A DNA stretch of 64,000 bases, taken from Candidatus Poriferisodalis sp. GTDB lineage: Bacteria; Actinomycetota; Acidimicrobiia; Acidimicrobiales; Poriferisodalaceae. This document shows positions 55,015 through 64,000 of this stretch, one piece after another. The position numbers and the translations under genes were made by a program. Each line of letters begins with the position of its first letter. The first letter of the stretch is position 1. The stretch covers positions 365,873 through 429,872 of the forward strand of contig NZ_CBDCBD010000002.1 of assembly GCF_965214215.1 (NCBI RefSeq). The letters run 5' to 3'. Below the pieces are notes generated by a model that did no database searches, was not told where the DNA came from, and was given only the letters and a program-made list of their open reading frames with translations.

Positions 55015-56778
55015 GTGTTCAGCAAGCTCCTCATCGCCAACCGGGGCGAGATCGCGGTGCGAGTCATCCGGGCCTGCCGCGAGCTGGGCATTCCAACGGT
55101 CGCCGTGTACAGCGAACTGGACCGAGACGCCTTGCATGTGCGCCTCGCGGACGAGGCGTTCGCCCTAGGCGGCCAGACAGCAGCCGAGAGCTACCTCAAC
55201 ACCGAGGCAATTCTGGATGTCATCTCGCGGTGCAGCGCCGATGCAGTTCATCCCGGCTACGGCTTCTATTCCGAGAATGCCGACTTCGCCCGCGCCATCA
55301 CCGAGCGAGGCGTGACCTTTATCGGACCGCCGCCCGAGGCCATTGAGGTGATGGGCGACAAGATCTCCGCACGCCTCGCCGCCGAACGCTCCGGCGTCGC
55401 CGGCGTTCCCGGCACCACCGAGGTCATCGCTTCGACCGATGACGTCGAAGCGTTCGGCGCCGACCACGGCTATCCCATCGCCATCAAGGCGGCCTATGGC
55501 GGCGGCGGCCGCGGCATGAAGGTCGTGAACGGACCCGACGAGATCGAAGCTGCCTTGGCGTCCGCACAGCGTGAAGCCGAAGCCTTCTTCGGACGGGGCG
55601 AGTGCTACATGGAGCGGTACCTCACCTGGCCGCGCCACATCGAGATGCAGATCATCGCCGACAGCCACGGCAACGCCGTGTGGCTGGGCGAGCGCGACTG
55701 CTCCGCGCAGCGCAGGCACCAGAAGCTGGTGGAGGAGAGCCCCGCGCCGCTGCTCGATGACGCCGTACGCAAGGCGATGGGCGATGCCGCGGTGGCGGTG
55801 GCCCGTGGCTGCAGATACACCAACGCCGGCACCGTGGAGTTCCTGTACCAGGACGGCGAGTTCTTCTATCTGGAGATGAACACCCGGCTGCAGGTGGAGC
55901 ACCCGGTCACCGAGATGGTCACCGGCATCGACTTGGTTCGCGAGCAGATCCGCGTTGCGGCCGGAGAGCCGCTGTCGTTCACACAGTCGGAAGTGACCTC
56001 GGTCGGCCACGCGATCGAGGCGCGCATCAATGCCGAGGATCCCGCAGACGGCCGATTCCTGCCGTCGCCGGGCACGCTGACATCGCTGCTTGTGCCCGAC
56101 GGGTTCGGCGTCCGCTGGGACGGCGGGTACGAAGCGGGCGACACCGTCAGCCAGTACTACGACAACCTCATCGGCAAGCTCGTCGTGTGGGGCTCAGATC
56201 GCCCGACCGCCATCGGCCGCATGCAGCGGGCCCTCGGCGAGCTGAGCGTCGGCGGCGTCGCAACGACCGCGGCAGCCCACGTTGAGATCATGGCCTCAGG
56301 CGACTTTCAGGCCGGCACCCACAGCACCAAGTGGGTGGAGGAACGGCTTGATCTGAGCGGCGTGAGCGGCAAGATCGACGCCGAGCCCACCGGGGGGTCC
56401 GACGGCGAAGACGTGCCTCTCGTGCGGCGAGATGTGGTGGTGGAAGTCGACGGCAAGCGATTCTCGGTGAGCGCATGGGTGCCCGATTCAGCACCGCCAG
56501 CCAGCGCCGCCAACACGGCGGCTCGCCCCCGGCGCGCAAGCGGTGCTGCTTCGGCCAGCGCCGGGACGGGCCAGGTGACCGTCCCGATGCAGGGCACGAT
56601 CGTCAAGATCCTCGTCGAGGTCGGCCAAGTGGTGGCGGCCGGTGAGGGCGTGGTCGTGCTCGAAGCCATGAAGATGGAGAACAGCATCAACGCCGACCGC
56701 TCGGGGACCGTGAGCGAGATCAAGGTCGAGCCGGGCGACACCGTCGGCGCCGGCGACGTGGTCGTCGTTATTTCCTGA
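55015..56778 (+). CDS. accA: Acyl-CoA carboxylase alpha subunit (biotin carboxylase + BCCP)
   Basis: 587 aa, GTG start. LLIANRGEIAVRVIRA, GGGGRGMKV, ATP-grasp, EMNTRLQVEHPVTE, and biotinyl motif LEAMKMEN. Confidence 0.95.
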   Translation: MFSKLLIANRGEIAVRVIRACRELGIPTVAVYSELDRDALHVRLADEAFALGGQTAAESYLNTEAILDVISRCSADAVHPGYGFYSENADFARAITERGVTFIGPPPEAIEVMGDKISARLAAERSGVAGVPGTTEVIASTDDVEAFGADHGYPIAIKAAYGGGGRGMKVVNGPDEIEAALASAQREAEAFFGRGECYMERYLTWPRHIEMQIIADSHGNAVWLGERDCSAQRRHQKLVEESPAPLLDDAVRKAMGDAAVAVARGCRYTNAGTVEFLYQDGEFFYLEMNTRLQVEHPVTEMVTGIDLVREQIRVAAGEPLSFTQSEVTSVGHAIEARINAEDPADGRFLPSPGTLTSLLVPDGFGVRWDGGYEAGDTVSQYYDNLIGKLVVWGSDRPTAIGRMQRALGELSVGGVATTAAAHVEIMASGDFQAGTHSTKWVEERLDLSGVSGKIDAEPTGGSDGEDVPLVRRDVVVEVDGKRFSVSAWVPDSAPPASAANTAARPRRASGAASASAGTGQVTVPMQGTIVKILVEVGQVVAAGEGVVVLEAMKMENSINADRSGTVSEIKVEPGDTVGAGDVVVVIS

Positions 56779-56807
56779 ACTCGGCTGGAGCTGGGCGCGC
56801 GCCCGCG

Positions 56808-56880
56808 GTGAGGGCGGCAGGGTCTCCAGCTCCAGCGTGCCGGCGGGTCGCAACGTCGCAGATGCCCCTGCCGCCTTCAC
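56808..56880 (+). repeat. Palindromic repeat family 1, copy C (more divergent core)
   Basis: gtgagggcggcagggtctccagctccagcgtgccggcgggtcgcaacgtcgcagatgcccctgccgccttcac lies between convergent accA and the GT2 gene. Its right flank (cactgctcagtgatctgttc) resembles the flank of copy D (caccgctcggtgatctgttc) and runs into the GT2 stop codon. Confidence 0.8.
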
Positions 56881-56883
56881 TGC

Positions 56884-57900
56884 TCAGTGATCTGTTCCCT
56901 CGCCGGACACGTTCTCGAAGCGTCGTCGTTCCGCCGCCTGTCGCTCATTCAGAAGTGTTCCAACGTCGAGTTCTATGGTGCGGACCCGGCGCAGCGTTCG
57001 CTCGGCGATCACGCGATTGGCGCGCAGCAGGTCTGCCAGGACGCCGAGCATGACGAGTTGCATGGCCACCAGCAGCGAGACGGCACCGATGATGAGCGAC
57101 TGCACGTGACCTGAGCCGTCTGAGGTCACCAGGAACCATCCGAATCGGGCGAACAGGAACACACCGACTGCGGCGAACAGCGCTGCAGGCACTGCGAACA
57201 CCCGCAGCGGTTCGTGCATGGCATAGACGCGGACGATCGTGCCCGCGGCCCTACGCACGTACTGGCGCTTGGACTTGAAGAGGCGGGACGGGCGAGTCGT
57301 GGGATTCACGCGCACCGGCACATCGGTGACTGCGAGGTCTGACTTGCCGGCCTGGATCACCGTCTCAAGCGTGTAGGTGAACCGTGACACGACGTTCGCT
57401 GCGAGCGCTGCCTCCCGGCTGTAGGCACGGAATCCGGAGGTGACGTCGGCCACATCGGTCGCCGAGGCCTGCCGGACCGTCCACGAGCCGAGCCGCTGCA
57501 ACCGCTTCTTGAGCGGCGAGAACTCAGGGTGGTTGCGGATGTCGCGCGAGCCGATCACCAGGTCGGCCCGGCCGGCGACGATCGGCTCGGTGAGCTTGGC
57601 GATGTCGGCCGCGTCGTACTGGTTGTCGCCGTCGGTGTTCACGATCACGTCGGCACCCATGCGCAGCGCGGCGTCGAGGCCGCTGGCGAAGGCCACTGCG
57701 AGTCCCTTGTTCTGCGTGAGGCTGACGACTGCGTCGGCGCCGTGGTCGCGGGCGATTCTTGCCGTGTCGTCAGTTGAGCCGTCATCGACGACCAGCCACA
57801 GGACCTCGCTGAAGCCGGGCACCTCGCGCGGCAGCACACCCAGTGTTTTCCCAAGTGTCTCCGCCTCGTTCAGGCAGGGAATCTGGATGACCAGCCGCAC
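56884..57900 (-). CDS. GT2 glycosyltransferase with C-terminal TM helices (polyprenyl-phosphate sugar synthase-like)
   Basis: 338 aa. LVIQIPCLNEAETL, LVVDDGSTDDT, NKGLAVAFASG, NTDGDNQY, and two C-terminal TMs. Confidence 0.88.
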   Translation of the reverse strand: MRLVIQIPCLNEAETLGKTLGVLPREVPGFSEVLWLVVDDGSTDDTARIARDHGADAVVSLTQNKGLAVAFASGLDAALRMGADVIVNTDGDNQYDAADIAKLTEPIVAGRADLVIGSRDIRNHPEFSPLKKRLQRLGSWTVRQASATDVADVTSGFRAYSREAALAANVVSRFTYTLETVIQAGKSDLAVTDVPVRVNPTTRPSRLFKSKRQYVRRAAGTIVRVYAMHEPLRVFAVPAALFAAVGVFLFARFGWFLVTSDGSGHVQSLIIGAVSLLVAMQLVMLGVLADLLRANRVIAERTLRRVRTIELDVGTLLNERQAAERRRFENVSGEGTDH

Positions 57901-57966
57901 CCGCCCATTGTGTCGGGTATCCCCGACACGCGGGAACTCAGTTTCGGGTTGACCCAGCGAGTGAGG

Positions 57967-58767
57967 TCAGTCCACGTTGAGGCGGCCGAGTCGAACCGTG
58001 GCGAACGCCGTGCTGACCACGGAGACGCCAACGAGCACGGCGATCGCCGTGATGAGCCCGTACGTCGTGAAGCCAAGATCGACATCGGAGATCTGTGCGA
58101 GCACCGAGCGGGCATACCCGCGCAGCGACAGGCGTTCGGCGAAATCGCCGAGGCCCACCGCCAAGCCTTCCCACAGCAGCACATACGCGATCCCCCACAG
58201 GACGGCTTTGCGAAACAGCAGCCCCAGCAGCACGAACAGGCACGAGTAGGAGACGGTCCCCAGCGCCGCCGCGGCCAGCGCACCCAGCGCGACACCCCCT
58301 GAGTCGGCCACGAAGTCAGCCGCGAACCAGCCGCCCAACGCAGTCGGCACGACGCACAGCGGCAGCGAGACCGTCACCGCCGCAGCCGCTGCGGCGATCA
58401 CCAACGGGGCGCGGCCGATGGGGCGCAGCCACAAGTACACGAGGGTGCCGTCGTCGCGAACATCGCCCAGCGCCGCCGAGGCGAAGACCAGCGACACGAT
58501 CGGCACGATGACAATGAGTCCGAAGCCGTCGGCATAGTTGGCGCCGTTGAACAGTGCGCCGGTGCTGGCGGACTCCCCGCCATTCGTCGAATTGCCCACT
58601 ACCCAGCCGACCACGATCATGATCGCGCCGAGCGCGCCGAGCGCCGCCAGGCGACCAACCGAGACGATCTGGCGGATCAGGACCCGGTAGCACAACGCCG
58701 TCGCTGCGACGACGCCCACACGATGCCGCTGCGGCGGGGGCGACGCGGTGTCGAGGGTTGCGCTCAT
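57967..58767 (-). CDS. ABC-2-type transporter permease
   Basis: 266 aa, ~6 TM helices. 4-nt overlap with the upstream ATPase gene. Confidence 0.7.
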   Translation of the reverse strand: MSATLDTASPPPQRHRVGVVAATALCYRVLIRQIVSVGRLAALGALGAIMIVVGWVVGNSTNGGESASTGALFNGANYADGFGLIVIVPIVSLVFASAALGDVRDDGTLVYLWLRPIGRAPLVIAAAAAAVTVSLPLCVVPTALGGWFAADFVADSGGVALGALAAAALGTVSYSCLFVLLGLLFRKAVLWGIAYVLLWEGLAVGLGDFAERLSLRGYARSVLAQISDVDLGFTTYGLITAIAVLVGVSVVSTAFATVRLGRLNVD

Positions 58768-59780
58768 CGTCGTTCCACCAGATAGCGGAAGACCGATTCG
58801 AGGTCTTCGTCCAGCGGGATGACCTGCCGGAGTCGAGCGCCGAGGCCCTTCGCCAGGGGCGCGATCTCGCGCCCCAGCCGGTCCACTTCCAGCGTGTCGG
58901 CTACCACCACATCCCCATCTATGCGCACCCCGACGACAGTGCCCGAGCTGACCAGCGACGCGGCCAGATCGCGTGGCCTGTCGGCCTCAATGCTGATGCG
59001 GTGCGGGCGATCGTCCATCAGCTCTCGCAGTTCGCGGTAGTCGCCGCTGGCGGCGAGGCGGCCCTGCGCAATGACCAGAATTCGCGATCCGAGTCGGGCG
59101 ACCTCTTCGAGCACGTGCGACGACACGAGCACGCAGCGCCCTTGCGCGCCGAGATCTTCGAGCAGGTCGATCATGCGCCGCCGCTGAACGGGATCGAGCC
59201 CGTTGAGCGGTTCGTCCAGAATCAGCACCTCGGGATCGTGGACAAGTGCCGCGGCCAATTTGGTGCGCTGGCGCATGCCCTTGGAGTAGCCCGATACCGG
59301 TCGATCGTCGTCTGGGTCGAGTTCGACGATGCCGAGCGCCGCTCGTGCAGCCGCGCCTGGATCCACGACGCCGTGAGTAGCGGCTGCGATCTTCACGAAA
59401 TCGAGCGCGTCGAGCCGGTCGAACAGGGCGTCCTGCTGGGGCGACAATCCGATCCGGCCCCGAACGTCGCGGTCAGTGCGGGCATCGGCGCCCAGGACAC
59501 GCACGGTGCCCCTCGACGGCGGGGTGAGGCCGCACATCATGCGAAACAGCGTCGACTTGCCTGCACCGTTGGGGCCGAGCAGGGCAGTGACGCCGGCGCG
59601 AACGGTGAACGTCACGCCCGACACCGCCACGACGTCGCCGAAGAACTTTGAGACACCGCGCACCTCGACCATGCCGGACGGTGGCGCAGCGGCCTCGATG
59701 GCCTCAGCACGCGACTCGGCCGCAGCGTCACCGCGCTCGTCGAGACTCGGTGCGGGCACCGGGCGGGGGCGGGCGCTCAT
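58764..59780 (-). CDS. ABC transporter ATP-binding protein
   Basis: Internal ATG 59780 (ATGA overlap with the upstream permease stop) of ORF 58764-60305. Walker A GPNGAGKST, signature YSKGMRQR, Walker B LILDEPLNGLD. Confidence 0.9.
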   Translation of the reverse strand: MSARPRPVPAPSLDERGDAAAESRAEAIEAAAPPSGMVEVRGVSKFFGDVVAVSGVTFTVRAGVTALLGPNGAGKSTLFRMMCGLTPPSRGTVRVLGADARTDRDVRGRIGLSPQQDALFDRLDALDFVKIAAATHGVVDPGAAARAALGIVELDPDDDRPVSGYSKGMRQRTKLAAALVHDPEVLILDEPLNGLDPVQRRRMIDLLEDLGAQGRCVLVSSHVLEEVARLGSRILVIAQGRLAASGDYRELRELMDDRPHRISIEADRPRDLAASLVSSGTVVGVRIDGDVVVADTLEVDRLGREIAPLAKGLGARLRQVIPLDEDLESVFRYLVERR

Positions 59781-60733
59781 TGGCTCGCCTCGATCCGGCG
59801 GTAGCGCCACCACAGCACGGCTCCGCCTACCGCCACCCACGCGGCGTTCACGGCCACCACGAACAACGTTGACAACTCGCCGATGCGCTGCCCCGGCGAC
59901 GACTCGCCGCCGCCCGGCATCGGTGGTCCGACGCCGAAGATCCGATCCTTGAGCGCCCCGCCGATCTCGCCGAGGTTGAACGCATAGATGCGGGGGTCCA
60001 TCTCGGCCACCTCGACGAGCACCCCGGTGACGAGCTGTGAGCCCAAGAGGAGCAGAATGACGCCGATCACGGCGAACGCCCGCCGATCGGTCAGGCTCGA
60101 GATGGCCAGGCTGGCAGCGGTGATGGTGGCGGCGATAGCGATGCCGGAGCCCAAGATGCGTACGAGCACGATCAGCCAGTCGCCCGGCCCAGCAGGGCCG
60201 GATCCCTCGATGGTGTAGGCGACGAGCAGGAACAGCAGCGGCCCGACAGTGATCACTGCCAGCGTCGCCGCGACAGCGGCGGCCTTCGAGGCCAGATAGC
60301 TCCACAATCGCAGCGGGGTGGCCAGATACATCGGCAGCATCCCGTTACGGCGATCAGCGACCAGGATTTCGGGAACAACGATTCCGCAGAAAAAGAACAA
60401 CGCCGCTTGGATGAGGCCGTAGTACTCGTGGTATTCGGGCAGGATGTTCTCAGAGATCAGATCGATGTCGAGCACCGTCGCGATGCCCACGAACACAATT
60501 GCGGGAACCAAGGCGACGACAACGGCCAGCCAAGGCAAGAACTTGTGGCGTGCGGGACGCCCGAAGCCGAGCGTGAATCTGAATGACGAGCCAATCACGG
60601 CCCGCATGGCGCCGCCGAGACCGTGGCGGCTGCCGCTGTAGGGCCGGTAGCGATGGTCGAGTATCTGTGCAGCGCCGTCGTCAGCCTCGGTCACCTGCTC
60701 ACGAAGGTCGGTAGTTCCCGTTGCGTCGCTCAT
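59777..60733 (-). CDS. ABC-2-type transporter permease
   Basis: 318 aa, ~6 TM helices. 4-nt overlaps on both sides. Confidence 0.7.
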   Translation of the reverse strand: MSDATGTTDLREQVTEADDGAAQILDHRYRPYSGSRHGLGGAMRAVIGSSFRFTLGFGRPARHKFLPWLAVVVALVPAIVFVGIATVLDIDLISENILPEYHEYYGLIQAALFFFCGIVVPEILVADRRNGMLPMYLATPLRLWSYLASKAAAVAATLAVITVGPLLFLLVAYTIEGSGPAGPGDWLIVLVRILGSGIAIAATITAASLAISSLTDRRAFAVIGVILLLLGSQLVTGVLVEVAEMDPRIYAFNLGEIGGALKDRIFGVGPPMPGGGESSPGQRIGELSTLFVVAVNAAWVAVGGAVLWWRYRRIEASQ

Positions 60734-61677
60734 ACCGCTGAAACCTCGAACAAGTCGGCCAGCGTGCGCCTGCGGGCTTCAAGGCGCCGGATGCGCGCTC
60801 CCGCATCCGCAACTGCGTCGCGGACCCGATCGCTCAGCTCATCAGGGTCACTGCCGCCGAGCCGGAGCGTGGTGCCCACGCGCTCCACCTCGATGCCGCC
60901 AAGGCGCAGCGTGCTCTCGACCACGTCGACCGTTCCCGCCGGCTCGGCGATGTCGACAAGTTCCAGCGTGATGCCGTCGCCGTCGCCAATGAGCTCTTCG
61001 ATCGGCCCGTCAGCGACTAGGTGACCCGCGTCGAGAGCGACGATGTGATCGCAGACCCGCTCGACCTCTTCAAGCAGGTGCGACGACAGCACGACGCTGA
61101 CGGAGTACTCGCTGCTGATCTCGCCGATCAACGTCAGCATCTCGCTGCGCTGCGTGGGGTCGAGTCCCGATGTCGGCTCGTCGAGCAGCACCAGTTCGGG
61201 GTCGGACGCGATGGCCTGCGCGAGCTTGACCCGCTGGCGCTGACCGGTGGACATCGTGCCGAGCGTGCGTGTGCGCTCCTCGCCGAGCCCGACCAGCCAC
61301 AGGCTGTCCGATGAGCGGGTACGTGCCTCGCTGCGCGGCAGGCCGCGTACTTGAGCCAGGTGGCGAACGAAGTCCACGGCGCGCATCTCGTCGGGAAGCA
61401 CGTCACGCTCGGGGGCAAAACCCACCTTGGCCCGCAGAGCGGCGCCTTGGCTGCGCGGATCGAGTCCAAGCACGGTCGCTGAGCCCGACGTCGGAGGGCG
61501 CAAGCCGAGCAGCGCACTGAGCAGCGTGGTCTTGCCCGCGCCGTTCGCGCCGACGAGGCCGGTAATGCCGGGCCGCATGCACACGTCCAAGGCGTCGATC
61601 GCCACTGTCGACCCGAACCGCTGCGTGAGCGCAACCGTGGAAACGATCGCCGAGGGATCTGCGGCAGCATCGCTCAC
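60730..61677 (-). CDS. ABC transporter ATP-binding protein
   Basis: 315 aa. Walker A GANGAGKTT, signature MSTGQRQR, Walker B VLLDEPTSGLD, and a C-terminal accessory domain. Confidence 0.9.
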   Translation of the reverse strand: MSDAAADPSAIVSTVALTQRFGSTVAIDALDVCMRPGITGLVGANGAGKTTLLSALLGLRPPTSGSATVLGLDPRSQGAALRAKVGFAPERDVLPDEMRAVDFVRHLAQVRGLPRSEARTRSSDSLWLVGLGEERTRTLGTMSTGQRQRVKLAQAIASDPELVLLDEPTSGLDPTQRSEMLTLIGEISSEYSVSVVLSSHLLEEVERVCDHIVALDAGHLVADGPIEELIGDGDGITLELVDIAEPAGTVDVVESTLRLGGIEVERVGTTLRLGGSDPDELSDRVRDAVADAGARIRRLEARRRTLADLFEVSAV

Positions 61678-61860
61678 GCGCTCAACCTAGGCCAACCCCC
61701 GCAGTGTGCAGGCTCGCGCCACGTCGCATGTGATCGCCGCGTTCGTTCGGGGTGCCTACGGGGTGCAGCCTCGCGGGTCGCTGCGCCGCTTGCAGCTCAG
61801 TCGCCCGAGCGCACGCAGCGGCGGTCGCTGCGGTCGCTGCTGGGGCCGTGAGACGGGCCG

Positions 61861-63276
61861 CTAGTGGTCGGCGTCGGCGAGCCCGGCAACAGCCAGGGCC
61901 TTCTGCTTGGCTCCTTCGAGGTCGTAGTGCCGGCGGGTGACGATTCGCTGCGCGTACAAGCCGCCCCCGGCCTGCAGATTGGTCACGAACTTCCAGCCGC
62001 CATAGGAATCGGCGGTGAGGTCGCGAATCGTGTGCATCAGTCGTGCGCGGTACTCGCCCTCGACATCGGCACGGGTGGCCATGTACTTGCGGGCCAGCGG
62101 ACCAACATCGGGGTTCTCGAAGTCGGCCGGCACCGGGGAGGTCAGCACGGCGCCCCCGGCGATGTCGTGGAGGTGGCGCACCATGGCGCTGTAGTTCGCT
62201 GCTGCGTGAAACTTGCCTGCATTGGTGTAGAGCTCGTTGGGGAACGCCGCGCCTTCGGGTCCGATCGAGCAGTGCTCGATGGCAGCTTCCAGCGTGGCCC
62301 TGATGAGCGTCGCGTGGATGATCATCTCGGAGATCTTCTCCTTGACGTGGCCGATGCCAGCAGTGCCGTTGGCCTCGGCGACGAGCTGCGCCAGCCCTAC
62401 TAGCTCATCTGCTTCCTCCACGAAAGCCGACAGTCCGCCGAGACGCTCCCACAGGCCCAGCGCATGGGCGAACACTGCGGCGTAGTGCGTCTCGCCGTCG
62501 AGGAAGACGCGCTCGTGGGGCACGAACACGTCGTCGAAGATCACGAAGCCCTCGGGATAGTGGTGCTCGCCCGAAACGGGAAACGCCCGTGGGTCCTCAT
62601 GGCGGGGCGCATAGGTGGTGTTGATGATCTTGACGCCTGGAGCGTTCACCGGCACTGAGCAGCCGATCGACCAGTCTTCCTCGCCGGGCTTCATGGCCTT
62701 GGTGGGAATGGTCAGCAGCTCGTGACCGAACGAAGCGCCGGTGATGTGCAGCTTCGCTCCCCGGATCACGACGCCGTCTCGCTGGCGGTCCACCACCCGC
62801 ACGTAGGAGTCCAAGTCGTCCTGGCGGGCCGGCGGACGGCTGCGGTCGCCCTTGGCGTCGGTGATGCACTGGGTAATGCGCACGTCGTCACGCTGCGCTT
62901 CGTCGATGAACGCATCGATCCGCTCGATGTTCTCCGGCTTGGTGTCGACCATCCGCCCGGCCGCGGTCTTGAGCGTCTGGATGGAGGTATAGGTGACGTG
63001 GGCCATCATCCCTGCCGAATGCAGCAGGGGGATCATCTCGCGCAGATCGTCCGCGCTGCGCGGAACCGTCATCAGTGGCGAGGACGCATCGGGTGCCGGG
63101 TCATAGAAACGGTCGTAGCCAGCGGCGGTGGCATCCACGGTCTGGCCCAAGATCGGGTGCGTCTCGAGATCGTCGATCTGTTTGCCCTCAAAGTAGGTCA
63201 GGCGTCCGTCTGCGAGCGATTCCTTGTATTGCTGGCCGGTGCGCATTGTGGGCTCCCCCATTGGTCGCGAGTGCAA
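61861..63276 (-). CDS. HpaB/AbfD-family protein (4-hydroxyphenylacetate 3-monooxygenase oxygenase / 4-hydroxybutyryl-CoA dehydratase-like)
   Basis: 471 aa. N-terminal MRTGQQYKESLADGRLTYFEGKQIDDL, with overall length and pattern of the HpaB superfamily. I cannot decide the sub-family from sequence alone. Confidence 0.8.
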   Translation of the reverse strand: MHSRPMGEPTMRTGQQYKESLADGRLTYFEGKQIDDLETHPILGQTVDATAAGYDRFYDPAPDASSPLMTVPRSADDLREMIPLLHSAGMMAHVTYTSIQTLKTAAGRMVDTKPENIERIDAFIDEAQRDDVRITQCITDAKGDRSRPPARQDDLDSYVRVVDRQRDGVVIRGAKLHITGASFGHELLTIPTKAMKPGEEDWSIGCSVPVNAPGVKIINTTYAPRHEDPRAFPVSGEHHYPEGFVIFDDVFVPHERVFLDGETHYAAVFAHALGLWERLGGLSAFVEEADELVGLAQLVAEANGTAGIGHVKEKISEMIIHATLIRATLEAAIEHCSIGPEGAAFPNELYTNAGKFHAAANYSAMVRHLHDIAGGAVLTSPVPADFENPDVGPLARKYMATRADVEGEYRARLMHTIRDLTADSYGGWKFVTNLQAGGGLYAQRIVTRRHYDLEGAKQKALAVAGLADADH

Positions 63277-63340
63277 TGCGAGCGGCAGTCACGCTAGTGG
63301 CGCGCTGCCCCGCAGACCGCGCCGATAGCTGCATCCTCCC

Positions 63341-63412
63341 GTTGTCGCACCAGTCGATTCTCGCTCTTGTGCGCCGTCGCTCACGGCCCGCTTGGGCCAT
63401 GGCTTCGCCTCC
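63341..63412 (+). repeat. Repeat family 2, copy F2 (upstream of the 63466 crotonase gene, sense orientation)
   Basis: gttgtcgcaccagtcgattctcgctcttgtgcgccgtcgctcacggcccgcttgggccatggcttcgcctcc. Confidence 0.6.
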
Positions 63413-63465
63413 GAACGTCCGAAGTCAGCGGTTCCGGCGCGGGCGTGTGCGCTAGAACGGCGTCC

Positions 63466-64000
63466 ATGACGGACCCCTCATACAAAGGCCCTGTACCCGA
63501 CATCTCGAGCCCCGACGCAGCTGCCACCTACCAGCTCGACGGGCACATCGCCACGATCACCTACAACCGGCCCGAGGCGATGAATGCCATCAACGGCGAC
63601 ATGCGCCAGTGCCTGAACGCAGCGTGGATGGAGTTTTACAACGATCCCGACGCGTGGGTGGCGATCATGACCGGGGAGGGCCGGGCGTTCTGCGCCGGCG
63701 CCGATCTGCGCGACCCGACGAAGGGCTCGGCGGGGACGTGGTCGGGGTCGTACTTCGAGATTCCCACCGTCAACAGCCTCGAGAGCGGTCTCGAGCTGTA
63801 CAAGCCGATCATTGCGGCCATCAACGGCGCATGCATCGGCTACGGGCTCACCGGCGCATTGGTTGCCGACTTCCTCATCGCGTCCGACCGCGCCATCTTC
63901 GGCATGCCCGAGGTCAGGATCGGCGTGCCCACCATCGTGGGCTCGATGCGGATGCCGCACAAGATCGGCTGGGCGAACGCCATGGAGATCCTGCTGACCG
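63466..64000 (+). CDS. Enoyl-CoA hydratase/isomerase family protein (3' end outside the window)
   Basis: Not in the ORF track (no stop in the window). From ATG 63466: MTDPSYKGPVPDISSPDAAATYQLDGHIATITYNRPEAMNAINGDM...VAIMTGEGRAFCAGADL...IIAAINGACIGYG. Confidence 0.85.
   Translation, partial: MTDPSYKGPVPDISSPDAAATYQLDGHIATITYNRPEAMNAINGDMRQCLNAAWMEFYNDPDAWVAIMTGEGRAFCAGADLRDPTKGSAGTWSGSYFEIPTVNSLESGLELYKPIIAAINGACIGYGLTGALVADFLIASDRAIFGMPEVRIGVPTIVGSMRMPHKIGWANAMEILLT

Noticed and set aside
61678-61860. Short direct repeats (gcggtcgctgcggtcgctgc) and a CCCCGCAG...ATGTGAT segment reminiscent of the family-1 right flank, in the 183-nt spacer after the HpaB-like gene.
   Set aside because: The similarity to family 1 is limited to under 10 nt plus a short flank motif, and the palindromic arms are missing. 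That is too weak to call a copy.

Overview
High-GC (about two-thirds G+C by eye) chromosomal segment with actinobacterial gene content and local synteny: prfB-ftsE-ftsX, secA-hpf-comF, ahcY-PMI/PGI-Trm112-manB, cofD-cofE, manC, ugd-LCP. I support about 55 protein-coding genes, nearly all housekeeping or cell-envelope functions. I found no rRNA, tRNA, CRISPR array, transposase or integrase. Because of the GC content the six-frame track is full of long shadow ORFs; I kept only frames with recognisable family motifs or clear third-position GC bias.

Main observations worth follow-up:
1. A lipoprotein redoxin (4669-5835, minus strand) has its TlpA/ResA-type WCxxC motif interrupted by an in-frame TGA exactly at the first Cys (FWAPW-TGA-PTC). 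A bulged hairpin with a GGUC apical loop follows. This makes it a candidate selenocysteine (UxxC) protein; the alternative is a pseudogene.
2. Two families of non-coding repeats are present. One is a ~75-100 nt imperfect palindrome with 4 full copies and 1 partial copy, all at gene 3' ends, with compensatory changes in the arms. The other is a ~75-100 nt element with 3 copies, whose indels rule out a coding origin.
3. A divergent KamA-family radical-SAM gene has a markedly AT-richer 5' third than its surroundings.
4. A large envelope-glycan neighbourhood (about 20.7-47.7 kb) contains two ~1100-aa GT2/polytopic-membrane fusions with opposite domain order, a 1090-aa CWB2-SpoIID-repeat secreted protein, and genes for GDP-mannose, GDP-4-keto-6-deoxymannose and UDP-glucuronate.
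5. Smaller items: a mazEF-like module apparently coupled to a membrane protein, two isolated AT-rich promoter islands, a CofE-only F420 ligase, and a rhodanese-first MoeZ-like enzyme.

I did not recognise a clear multi-gene novel system such as a defence island. The selenoprotein candidate and the repeat families are the strongest sequence-level signals. All family assignments rest on motif recognition from memory, not on searches.
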